The notes under the pieces: model-generated | What the model saw: only the letters and a program-made list of their open reading frames with translations | Told to the model about the DNA's origin: nothing | Databases searched by the model: none | DNA from: Acidobacteriaceae bacterium | Lineage (GTDB): Bacteria; Acidobacteriota; Terriglobia; Terriglobales; Acidobacteriaceae | DNA length: 64,000 nucleotides | Direction: 5' to 3' | Assembly: GCA_035273225.1 (NCBI GenBank) | Contig: DATEPN010000602.1 | Location: 1,050 to 65,049, forward strand | Position numbers and translations under genes: made by a program | In this document: positions 51,314 to 60,151 of the stretch, piece after piece | Layout: each line of letters starts with the position of its first letter | How positions within the stretch are numbered: the first letter of the stretch is position 1

Positions 51314-52675
51314 ATGAAACATGCGGCACTCACGACGCGGCTCAGTTATGCCACTCCGGAAGTGGGCGGCCAACTTGTCTTCTGCGTCATCTCGTTTTAC
51401 CTGCTGAAGTTCTATACGGACGTGTATGGGCTGCCGGTGGCCGCCGCGGGCTCGATTCTTCTGTTCGCGCGCTGCGTGGACGCGGTGGACGCGCCCGTGT
51501 GGGGCATCGTCTTCGATAAGACGAAGAGCCGCTGGGGCAAGAGCCGTCCCTGGTTTCTGTGGCTGTGCCTGCCCTTCGCCATCTTCGGCATTCTCACGTT
51601 TCACACGCCGGATATCGGACGAAGCGGCAAGATTGCGTACGCGGCGTGCACGTATGTGGTTTGCAGCGTTCTCTACACGGGCATCAACACCCCGGTCACC
51701 TCGATACTGGCCGGACTGACGCGGGATGGAGGCGAGCGGGTGACGCTGACGACCTTCCGGATGTTCGGATCGAAGGCGGGCGTGCTGCTCGTGAATCTGA
51801 CGCTGCTCCGAATGGTCGCTTCGCTGGGACATGGCGATGAGCGGCGTGGATTTCTGCTGACGATGTGCGTTTATGCATGCGGGACGGTGCTCCTGTTCCT
51901 GATCGCATTTCGCAACCTGGAAGAGACTGTCGAGGATGATCGGCGCCGGCTGTCCGTTCGAGAGAGCGTACGCGCCCTGAAGGGCAATGGCCCCTGGCTG
52001 ATCACGTTTGCCAGCAGCCTCTTGTTCTGGATCGCCTTCATTGCGCGGATTTCAACCGCGCCTTATTTTTTCGAGTATCTGCTGCATCGCAAAGATCTGG
52101 TCTCGATTGCCAATAGTCTGGACGTGGTGTCGCTGGGCAGCATCTTTTTCCTCCCTTTTTTTTGCCGGGTGACCTCGAAGCGAAATGTCTGGGTGCTGGG
52201 GCTGATCGGTTCGGCGCTCGCTCAGGCGGTGGTGTACGGCGGGGTCAGGACAGAGTCGGTCGCTCTGGTGATGGCGGGATGGACGCTTGGATTTCTCGCC
52301 AGCGGCGTGGCGATGGCGATGCCATTTTCGATACTGGCGACCAGCGTGGATTATGGCGAGTGGAAGAGCGGGATTCGCGCCGCCGGTTTGCTGACGGCGA
52401 TCGGCGCCGCGTTCTGCCTCAAGGCGGGCAGCGGCCTTGGCGGTGCGCTGCCTGCCTGGATCATGGACCACTATGCCTACATTCCCAACGTGGTCCAGAG
52501 CGCGCGCTCGCTCAGCGGGATTGAGCTGAGCTGTGTCTGGTTGCCTGCGGCCGCGTATGCGCTGGCGGCGCTCCCGGTCTTCTTCTATTCGCGTTATGAG
52601 CGGGACGAGCCGAGGATGAGGACCGAACTGGACCAGCGGCGGCGGCTGCTGACCGAGGCGATGACGCAGATATGA
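51314..52675 (+). CDS. Glycoside-pentoside-hexuronide (GPH):cation symporter family MFS transporter
   Basis: KLSY..PE.G......V.SFYLL.FYTDV.GL..A.AG.I.L.AR..DA..AP..G...D.T.SRWGK.RPW is the GPH signature region. 12 TM spans. Start at ATG 51314. Confidence 0.8.
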   Translation: MKHAALTTRLSYATPEVGGQLVFCVISFYLLKFYTDVYGLPVAAAGSILLFARCVDAVDAPVWGIVFDKTKSRWGKSRPWFLWLCLPFAIFGILTFHTPDIGRSGKIAYAACTYVVCSVLYTGINTPVTSILAGLTRDGGERVTLTTFRMFGSKAGVLLVNLTLLRMVASLGHGDERRGFLLTMCVYACGTVLLFLIAFRNLEETVEDDRRRLSVRESVRALKGNGPWLITFASSLLFWIAFIARISTAPYFFEYLLHRKDLVSIANSLDVVSLGSIFFLPFFCRVTSKRNVWVLGLIGSALAQAVVYGGVRTESVALVMAGWTLGFLASGVAMAMPFSILATSVDYGEWKSGIRAAGLLTAIGAAFCLKAGSGLGGALPAWIMDHYAYIPNVVQSARSLSGIELSCVWLPAAAYALAALPVFFYSRYERDEPRMRTELDQRRRLLTEAMTQI

Positions 52676-55158
52676 TCGCCGCGCAACCGGGAGAATTCAT
52701 TCTGACAAGTTCGAGCGGCGCTGCTGTCCTCGAATGCGGAGAACGGCGGCTGCGCATTGGGTTCGTTAGCCCCTCTTGTGTTCGCGTGACGTATACGGAA
52801 GGCAAGCCGTTCCAGGATCGTCCCAGCCGCATTGTTACTGCGCGAAGGGACACGTATGTGCAGCCGAATGTGCAGGAGGATCAGGAATCCTTTGCTCTCT
52901 CCACTTCGGCTCTGCGGCTGAGAGTGCAGAAGAGCACCGGGGCGCTCAGCTACTGGAATGCTGCCGGAAAGCTGCTGACGCGCGAGCCGCACTGCGGAGG
53001 CAAGTGGCTTACGCCGAAACAGATCTTTCGCAATGTATTCACAGGGGAGCCGGATGTCGCTATCGCAGAGAGTATCGACGGGGCGCGCGCCGCAGCTCGC
53101 GAACATCAGACGGTTTTCGACCGCATGGCCTTTGAGGCGAAACTGGAGTTCGTCTTTGCGGAGGGAGAAGCGCTGTTCGGGCTGGGCTCTCACGAGGAAG
53201 GCTACGGCAATCTTCGCGGCCGGGCGCGAGAACTTTACCAGCACAATTTGAAGGCGGTGGTACCTTATTTGGTTTCGACGCGCGGATATGGCGTGCTGCT
53301 GGACTGTTGCTCCCTGATGACCTTCCATGACGATGCGTGCGGCTCGTACTGGTGGGCCGATGCGGTGGAGGAGCTTGATTATTACCTGATTCAGGGCGAC
53401 AACTTCGACGAGGTAACCCATGGGTATTATGAGCTGACGGGGAAGCCCCCGCTGCTCCCAAAGTGGGCCTTCGGCTACATCCAGTCGAAGGAACGGTACG
53501 TGACCGCGCGGGAAATGATCGAGGTGGTGCGGGAGTATCGGCGCCGGCTCGTGCCGCTGGACGGCATTGTGCTGGACTGGAAGTCGTGGCCCGACGGCGG
53601 GGGGTGGGGGCAGAAGAGCCTCGACCCGGAACGCTTTCCCGATCCGGAGGGATTCGTCGAGGAGTTGCACGGCCTGGGCGCTCACCTGATGGTTTCGGTT
53701 TGGCCGACGATGACCGGCGGATGCGCCGACCGACAGGAACTGCTGGAGCGGAACCTCATGCTGGGGAATCAGTCCACGTATAACGCCTTCATTCCCGAGG
53801 CAAGAGCGTGCTATTGGGAGCAGGCGCGGCGCGGCCTCTTCTCGACAGGGGTGGATGCGTGGTGGTGCGATTGCCCCGAACCCTTCGAAGCGGACTGGAA
53901 AGGCGCCGTTAAACCGGAGCCGCACGCGAGGCTGCTGTTGAATACCGAGGAATCGAAGCGGTACCTGGATCCTGCGGATATCAACGCGTACTCCTTAGTG
54001 CACGCGCAGGGAATTTACGAAGGCCAGCGTGGCGTGACGGACGCGAAGCGCGTGGTGAATCTGACGCGGTCGTCGTATGCGGGGCAGCATCGCTACGGCA
54101 CCATCACCTGGAGCGGCGATATCTGCGGCACATGGGAGGCGCTGCGACGATCCATTCCGGAAGGAGTGAACTTCTGCGCAGCCGGCGAGCCGTGGTGGAC
54201 GGTGGACATTGGCGGATTCTTCATCGCGCATGATCCAAAACTGTGGTTCTGGCGTGGCGAGTATTCCGACGGCTGCCGCGGTCTGACGGACATGCACGCC
54301 CTGGGCCCCGATCCGCACGATAGCGGCTGCCGCGATTTGGGCTACCGGGAGCTGTACGCGCGCTGGGTGCAGTACGCGGCCTTTCTGCCGATGTTTCGCT
54401 CGCACGGAACCGACGCGGCGCGGGAGATATGGCGCTTCGGCGAGAAGGGCACGCCCTTCTACGATACGATTGAGCGTTTCATCCGCCTCCGCTATCAGCT
54501 GATGCCGTACATCTATTCGCTGGCCGCGCAGGTGACGCTGCGCGGGTGTGCCATGCTGCGCGGTGTTGCGCTGGATTTTCCGGAGGATCACAGGACGCAT
54601 GACCTGACGGATCAGTTTCTCTTCGGCCCATCACTGCTGGTCTGCCCGGTTACGGATCCGATGTATTACGAGAGTGACTCGCGCAGGCTCGAAGGTGTGC
54701 CGCGATCACGAAGCGTTTATCTCCCCGCCGGCTGCGAATGGTATGACTTCTGGACAGGTTCGCTGTGTGCCGGCGGACAGCAGATTACAGCCGATGCGCC
54801 GCTCGACATTCTGCCCCTGTTTGTCCGCGCGGGCTCCATCCTCCCGATGACAGAAGCGATGCAGTACGTCGATGAACATCCGGAAGGCGGGTATGAGATA
54901 CGCGTCTACACCGGCGCTGACGCGGACTTCGCTTTGTATGAAGATGCGGGCGACGGCTTCGAATACGAGCACGGTGCGTTTGCGCTGATCAGGATGACCT
55001 GGAGGGAACGCGCCGGAGTGCTGACCATCGCCGCACGCGAGGGCGGGTTTCCGGAGATGGCGCATGAACGCGAATGTCGCGTCATCTTTTTCTCCGACTT
55101 GGGTGCCACCGTGCGCACGGTAGTTTATTGGGGAGAGGAACTGCAGATTGCGAACTGA
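52672..55158 (+). CDS. GH31 glycoside hydrolase (alpha-xylosidase/alpha-glucosidase-like), cytoplasmic
   Basis: KWAFGY.QSKERY, DGIVLDW, WWCD..EP, RS.YAG.HRYG..TWSGD, RSHG. No signal peptide. ATGA overlap with the GPH stop. Confidence 0.85.
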   Translation: MIAAQPGEFILTSSSGAAVLECGERRLRIGFVSPSCVRVTYTEGKPFQDRPSRIVTARRDTYVQPNVQEDQESFALSTSALRLRVQKSTGALSYWNAAGKLLTREPHCGGKWLTPKQIFRNVFTGEPDVAIAESIDGARAAAREHQTVFDRMAFEAKLEFVFAEGEALFGLGSHEEGYGNLRGRARELYQHNLKAVVPYLVSTRGYGVLLDCCSLMTFHDDACGSYWWADAVEELDYYLIQGDNFDEVTHGYYELTGKPPLLPKWAFGYIQSKERYVTAREMIEVVREYRRRLVPLDGIVLDWKSWPDGGGWGQKSLDPERFPDPEGFVEELHGLGAHLMVSVWPTMTGGCADRQELLERNLMLGNQSTYNAFIPEARACYWEQARRGLFSTGVDAWWCDCPEPFEADWKGAVKPEPHARLLLNTEESKRYLDPADINAYSLVHAQGIYEGQRGVTDAKRVVNLTRSSYAGQHRYGTITWSGDICGTWEALRRSIPEGVNFCAAGEPWWTVDIGGFFIAHDPKLWFWRGEYSDGCRGLTDMHALGPDPHDSGCRDLGYRELYARWVQYAAFLPMFRSHGTDAAREIWRFGEKGTPFYDTIERFIRLRYQLMPYIYSLAAQVTLRGCAMLRGVALDFPEDHRTHDLTDQFLFGPSLLVCPVTDPMYYESDSRRLEGVPRSRSVYLPAGCEWYDFWTGSLCAGGQQITADAPLDILPLFVRAGSILPMTEAMQYVDEHPEGGYEIRVYTGADADFALYEDAGDGFEYEHGAFALIRMTWRERAGVLTIAAREGGFPEMAHERECRVIFFSDLGATVRTVVYWGEELQIAN

Positions 55159-57223
55159 CGGCTGCCCGCGGAAGCTATGTTGGGATTTTGGCAAGACAAT
55201 CGGTGCCGTTATCACCTGCGCGCTGCTGCTGTGCCCGCTGCTCATCGCACACGCCTTTCCGCATTGCCGCGAAGGAATCACGATCGCAGTCTCCCTTTCT
55301 GGCGACGACGATGCGGCAGGAACGCCTGATCATCCATTCCGTACGCTCGAACGTGCGCAGCAGGCGGTTCGGCTTGCGAATGAAACGAACGACGTCACGG
55401 TGCAACTGGCGGATGGCGAGTATCGCCTCACGCGTCCGCTCGTCTTCCATGCGGAGGACGGGGGGCGGAACGGACATCGGGTGCTCTGGACCGCCGCGCC
55501 TGATGCGCATCCGGTGATCTCCGGCGCGATCCCGGTGACTGGATGGAAGCTCTTCGACAAGAAACGACAAATCTACGTTGCGGACACGCCCCTGCATCTC
55601 GACAGCCGGCAACTATGGGTGAACGATCAGCTCGCGAGTGTCGCTGCCATTGAGATCCCGCGAGGGTCGGTCGAATTTACGATGGAGGGCCTGGTTCTCA
55701 AAGACCCTAAATATGAGTACCTCGCCGATCTGCCGGAGCAGGGCAGGCTGGAGGTGCGCGGGACTGGGTTCTTTACCATGCGCATCTCTCCGGTCGAGCG
55801 CGTATCCGGCTCCACGCTGCTCATGCAGCAGCCGGCGTGGGACAACAATCTTTGGGGATATGACACGCTGGACACGCCCTACCATCCGGAACTGGCGCAT
55901 CTGTACTTTGCGAACTCACTGGCGTTTTTGACTGAGCCGGGCCAGTGGTATCTCGATCCGGAGAAGGGCAAGTTGTACCTGCGGCCGCCCGCCGGCGCCG
56001 ATCTGCAGCACCTGGATGTGGCACTGCCGCGGATGCCGGTGCTGGTTTCAATCGGCAATAGCCTGGATGCGCCGGTTCAGGATCTGGAGTTTCGCGGCAT
56101 CCGCTTTTCGCATACAAGTTGGCTGGGTCCCTCGAGGAACGAGGGCTATGCCAGCCAGCAGAGCGGGTCGTATCTGACCGGGCATGCGGCCGCGTATCCG
56201 CCGGATCCGCTGGTGAGCTGCACGCATGGTTGCCGCGCGTTTGAGAGCATGCGCAACGAGTGGAACCAGATGCCCGCCGCGGTTCAGGTTTCGGCGGCGC
56301 GGCGCATCACCTTCGACCACGACGTGTTCGCGCATCTCGGACAATATGCGCTCGGAATTGGGAATGACTCCGACGCAACACTCTCCGGAACAGGCCTTGG
56401 GACCAGCGACATCACCGTTACGGCCAGCGTCTTTACCGATGATGCCGGCGGCGCGATTCTGGCCGGAGGAGTGCGGCGGGATGCGCATCATCCGCGCGAT
56501 CCTCGGCAGATTAACCGGCAGCTGGTGATTCGCGACAATCGCATTCGCGCCGTGAGCAAAGATTATCTGGATAACAGCGCGATCCTGATCACTTACGTGC
56601 AGGGCGCGATCATTCTGCACAACGACATCTCGGACGTGCCCTACGATGCAATCGATATCGGCTACGGATGGGGCATTCAGGATCCGGGCGGGAATCCGAA
56701 TTATCGCGTGTACATGCACGGCTACGATTTTCCGCAGAACCTGGTCTACAGCACGCCAACAACCTATCGGGATACCGTGGTTGCGAGCAACCGCATCCAC
56801 GACGCCAAGCGCCTGTTTCAGGACGGCGGAGCGATTTACAATCTGTCCGCCAGCCCGGGGACACTCATCACCGAGAACTACATTTTCGACAACCACAGTC
56901 GAATCGCGCTGTATCTGGACGAGGGCTCGCGTTACATCACAGTGAGAAGAAACGTGGTGCAGGATCCAGGCGGCGAGTGGCTCAACATCAACACGGTGCA
57001 TCATGCCTATCCCCTCCGCATTTCGCCGGATAATACGGCAGTGGACAACTGGCATGACAGCAGCAAGGTTGGTGGGATGTGGACGAATTACGAGAACGAC
57101 CTCATTCTTGACGATCACCTGATCAGCGACGGCAAATGGCCGCAGGAAGCGCAGGAGATCATGAAGAACGCCGGGATCGAGCCATCGGCCGGGCCGGTGG
57201 CGTACGCGAATGCGCAGCCCTGA
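55148..57223 (+). CDS. Secreted right-handed parallel beta-helix repeat protein (possible GH141-like glycosidase or lyase)
   Basis: Hydrophobic N-terminus, then G.D...GT.D.PF.TL..A. Repeated about 22-aa coils with N/D-I/V..N ladders (e.g. IRDNRI, ILHNDI, ASNRIHD, TENYIFDN, VRRNVV). Confidence 0.6.
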   Translation: MRTDGCPRKLCWDFGKTIGAVITCALLLCPLLIAHAFPHCREGITIAVSLSGDDDAAGTPDHPFRTLERAQQAVRLANETNDVTVQLADGEYRLTRPLVFHAEDGGRNGHRVLWTAAPDAHPVISGAIPVTGWKLFDKKRQIYVADTPLHLDSRQLWVNDQLASVAAIEIPRGSVEFTMEGLVLKDPKYEYLADLPEQGRLEVRGTGFFTMRISPVERVSGSTLLMQQPAWDNNLWGYDTLDTPYHPELAHLYFANSLAFLTEPGQWYLDPEKGKLYLRPPAGADLQHLDVALPRMPVLVSIGNSLDAPVQDLEFRGIRFSHTSWLGPSRNEGYASQQSGSYLTGHAAAYPPDPLVSCTHGCRAFESMRNEWNQMPAAVQVSAARRITFDHDVFAHLGQYALGIGNDSDATLSGTGLGTSDITVTASVFTDDAGGAILAGGVRRDAHHPRDPRQINRQLVIRDNRIRAVSKDYLDNSAILITYVQGAIILHNDISDVPYDAIDIGYGWGIQDPGGNPNYRVYMHGYDFPQNLVYSTPTTYRDTVVASNRIHDAKRLFQDGGAIYNLSASPGTLITENYIFDNHSRIALYLDEGSRYITVRRNVVQDPGGEWLNINTVHHAYPLRISPDNTAVDNWHDSSKVGGMWTNYENDLILDDHLISDGKWPQEAQEIMKNAGIEPSAGPVAYANAQP

Positions 57224-57249
57224 AGAATGAATGCCGTTGGACGCGAAAG

Positions 57250-58581
57250 TTAGCGCTTCGCCTCCGCGTCCGCAATCGCCTGGCGTGCCCAGTGCGAGTA
57301 GACGAATTCCTCCTTGCGCTGTTGCCACTCATCGAGCGGCACGACCGTAAGCTGTTCGACGGTGAGCCGTGGGACGCCGGCGCTGATGGCCTCGAGTCCC
57401 GCATCGCGATCGGGTCGCATGGCGCTGCGGTTCAGAGGCACGCCGCTGGCCGCTGCCCAGTCGCCGATGCTGACCACCGGCAGCGATTTCACCTTGCGCT
57501 CGGACCAGTTGGGAAAGTGCAGATTCGTCGCCAGCCAGGCTGCGGCGACTTTCAGCACCCAGGCAGGACGATGGCTCGCGCCGGGATCGAACCATGTCTG
57601 AAACACATTCTTCGACGACCCGTTCATCGCAATCGTGCGGCGGTGGAGATCGTCGAAGAACTTCGGCCCGTGCTCGGGGATGGCCACGACCGTGTCGTTG
57701 GTTCCGTTCATGATGAAGGTGGGGCCCCGACGCGCATTGAGCGTAAAAATTGCAGCGGGACGATCACCGAGGAAACTGAGCGCGTGCCACGGACCGGCCT
57801 GACACATGACGGCGTGGCTCGAATCCCAGTAGCCGCCGGGGCCGTCGAGGTCGCCTCCTCCGGTGAGGAGTAGCGCGTGAATCCGCGGGTCGACCGCGCC
57901 GGTGAGCGCGCTGACGAAGGATCCCATCGAGAAGCCAAGGACCGCAATGCGGTGCGGGTCCACCTGGGGCAGGCTGTGCAGATACGAGACCGCCTGCATC
58001 ACGTCGGTGATCATCAGGCCGCCCATGCGCTGCGGTACGCCGGGAATGTCGATGACTTTGTCATGCTCTCCGGTGGCATCGCGGTGGTCATCGTTGCGTT
58101 CGCCCTCGCCAACTGGGTCGTAGGTGACGACAACAGCGCCGGCACGCGCGTACAGCACGCCCGTGTACCAGGAGTACCAACTGGTCTTGTCGGCACCGTG
58201 CCCGTTGACCACTACGATGCCGGGTACTTTGCCGGAGACCGAAGACGGACGATACACGATGGCGGGAATCAGCATGCCGTATTCCGTCCTGTAGGTCACT
58301 CGATCGGCCATGATGCCTGGCGCCGGTGAAAACGTGCTCCACACCCTGGTTTGCAGCGCAGGCAGCGGTTCGGGAATAAACAGCGCATTCCGGATCTCTG
58401 TGCGCCATTTGCTGATCTGGCTCTGGGAAACTGCAGCCGAACAAGGTATGACCACCAGCGCCAGCATTGCCATCGACGCAATCATCCGTGCGCAGAGACG
58501 CGATACACGGCTGAGGGGACTTCTGAGCGATCGACGTGCAGGAAATCGAGAGCAGGAGCGGGTGAGACGGAGCTGAATCAT
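57250..58581 (-). CDS. Secreted alpha/beta hydrolase (carbohydrate esterase/dienelactone-hydrolase-like)
   Basis: Nucleophile elbow GFSMGS, HG-type oxyanion (VVNGHG), signal peptide MLALVVIPCSAA. Start uncertain (ATG 58581 or 58485; the ORF opens at 58668). Confidence 0.65.
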   Translation of the reverse strand: MIQLRLTRSCSRFPARRSLRSPLSRVSRLCARMIASMAMLALVVIPCSAAVSQSQISKWRTEIRNALFIPEPLPALQTRVWSTFSPAPGIMADRVTYRTEYGMLIPAIVYRPSSVSGKVPGIVVVNGHGADKTSWYSWYTGVLYARAGAVVVTYDPVGEGERNDDHRDATGEHDKVIDIPGVPQRMGGLMITDVMQAVSYLHSLPQVDPHRIAVLGFSMGSFVSALTGAVDPRIHALLLTGGGDLDGPGGYWDSSHAVMCQAGPWHALSFLGDRPAAIFTLNARRGPTFIMNGTNDTVVAIPEHGPKFFDDLHRRTIAMNGSSKNVFQTWFDPGASHRPAWVLKVAAAWLATNLHFPNWSERKVKSLPVVSIGDWAAASGVPLNRSAMRPDRDAGLEAISAGVPRLTVEQLTVVPLDEWQQRKEEFVYSHWARQAIADAEAKR

Positions 58582-58679
58582 CGGGGGAAGGAACTCTGCT
58601 GCGATGATATGCTCGCAATCCGGGGGGCTGTAAAGGTCAGACCTCCGGCAGGCAAATTTATGCAGCAATCAGGAGATGA

Positions 58680-59984
58680 ATGAGGCTCGAGAAGCACGAA
58701 GGCAGGCACACATCGCGCAGCAGCACGAAAATATTGCGGTGCATGACGGCATTGGGAGTGCTCACGTTTGGAGCGGCTGCGGCGGCTTGTGCGACGACCA
58801 TTTGCGATGTCACCGCCTACGGCGCGAAGGCCGACGGTCACACCAAAAACACAGCGGCCATCCAGAGTGCGATCGACGCATGCGAGACAAAGGGTGGCGG
58901 CATCGTTCGCCTGACCAAAGGCGTGTTCCTGACCGGCCCCATCGTGCTGAAGAGCCACATCACCCTGGAGATCGATCGCGATGCGACGCTGCTGGGCAGC
59001 CAGGACAAGTCGGATTATCCGGAGATGCAGGAACTGCGTGAAGATGCGGTGCAGCCGCTGATCAGCGCGACGAATGCGGAGAACATCACGATTCGCGGCG
59101 GCGGCACCATCGACGGCAACGGCAAGCCCTGGTGGGATGACGTGTACGCGCATCGGCACAGTCCGGACTTTCCGGCCTCAAAGCGGCCGCGCCTTCTGCT
59201 GCTGGACCATTGCCAGCACGTGCTGATCGAGGGCATGACGATCCAGAACTCGGCGTCGTGGCAGGTGGTGCCGTATTACTGCGACGACGTGACCATTCGC
59301 AACGGGAAAATTCTGGCGCCGGCGCGCTCGCCGAATACCGATGGCGTCGATCCTTTTTCTTCGCGTCACGTCACGATTTCCCACATGACGATCGACGTGG
59401 GAGACGATAACGTGGCCATCAAATCCGGGCAGCCAGGATCGCCCGGCCCGGATGATCCGAGCACGGACATTACCGTCACAGACTGCACGTTTCTGCATGG
59501 GCACGGCATGTCCGTCGGGAGCGAGATTTCCGGCGGAGTGCAGAATGTCCGTGTGGCGCGCGTGCATTTTGAGCACACCAGCCACGGCGTCCGGATCAAG
59601 TCCAACCGCGACCGCGGAGGAGACATCGGCAACTTTGATTTTCGGGATCTGACAATGAACGATGTGGGAGAGGCGATTCTGGTCACGGAGTATTATCCGA
59701 AGGTCACGCCGCACGACACGGCGCAGCCGCTCACCAGGCTCACTCCGCGCTTCCACGACATCCACATCAGCAACGTGAAGGTCACCGGAGCCAAAGAGGC
59801 GGGCGTCATCATCGGTCTCCCGGAATCGCCGATCACCACGATCGTTCTCGACAACGTGCATATCAGTGCGGAGAACGGAATGACCATCAGCAATGCGACG
59901 GTGACGGCCCACGATTTTAATGTCCAAACGAGCCAGGGGCAGTCGTTTCGCATGCTCGAGAACGCGAAACTCAACCAGAAATGA
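58680..59984 (+). CDS. GH28 polygalacturonase-family glycoside hydrolase
   Basis: All four GH28 signature blocks are present: NTDGVD, GDDNVAIKSG, HGHGMSVGSE, RIKS. Signal peptide. An alternative ATG lies at 58743. Confidence 0.9.
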   Translation: MRLEKHEGRHTSRSSTKILRCMTALGVLTFGAAAAACATTICDVTAYGAKADGHTKNTAAIQSAIDACETKGGGIVRLTKGVFLTGPIVLKSHITLEIDRDATLLGSQDKSDYPEMQELREDAVQPLISATNAENITIRGGGTIDGNGKPWWDDVYAHRHSPDFPASKRPRLLLLDHCQHVLIEGMTIQNSASWQVVPYYCDDVTIRNGKILAPARSPNTDGVDPFSSRHVTISHMTIDVGDDNVAIKSGQPGSPGPDDPSTDITVTDCTFLHGHGMSVGSEISGGVQNVRVARVHFEHTSHGVRIKSNRDRGGDIGNFDFRDLTMNDVGEAILVTEYYPKVTPHDTAQPLTRLTPRFHDIHISNVKVTGAKEAGVIIGLPESPITTIVLDNVHISAENGMTISNATVTAHDFNVQTSQGQSFRMLENAKLNQK

Positions 59985-60151
59985 AGCCGGCACGGCCGGG
60001 AAGGTGTCAATCGCTCCGGCCATAAATATGCAGCATTGCATGGCGAGTGATTTTGCCGGATGATCATGCATGGTTCATGAGTTTTCTCCCTCAATTTCCA
60101 TTTTCGCCATCTGCATTTGATTGTTTTCGCGGCATCCGTAGGAAGCCGGCG

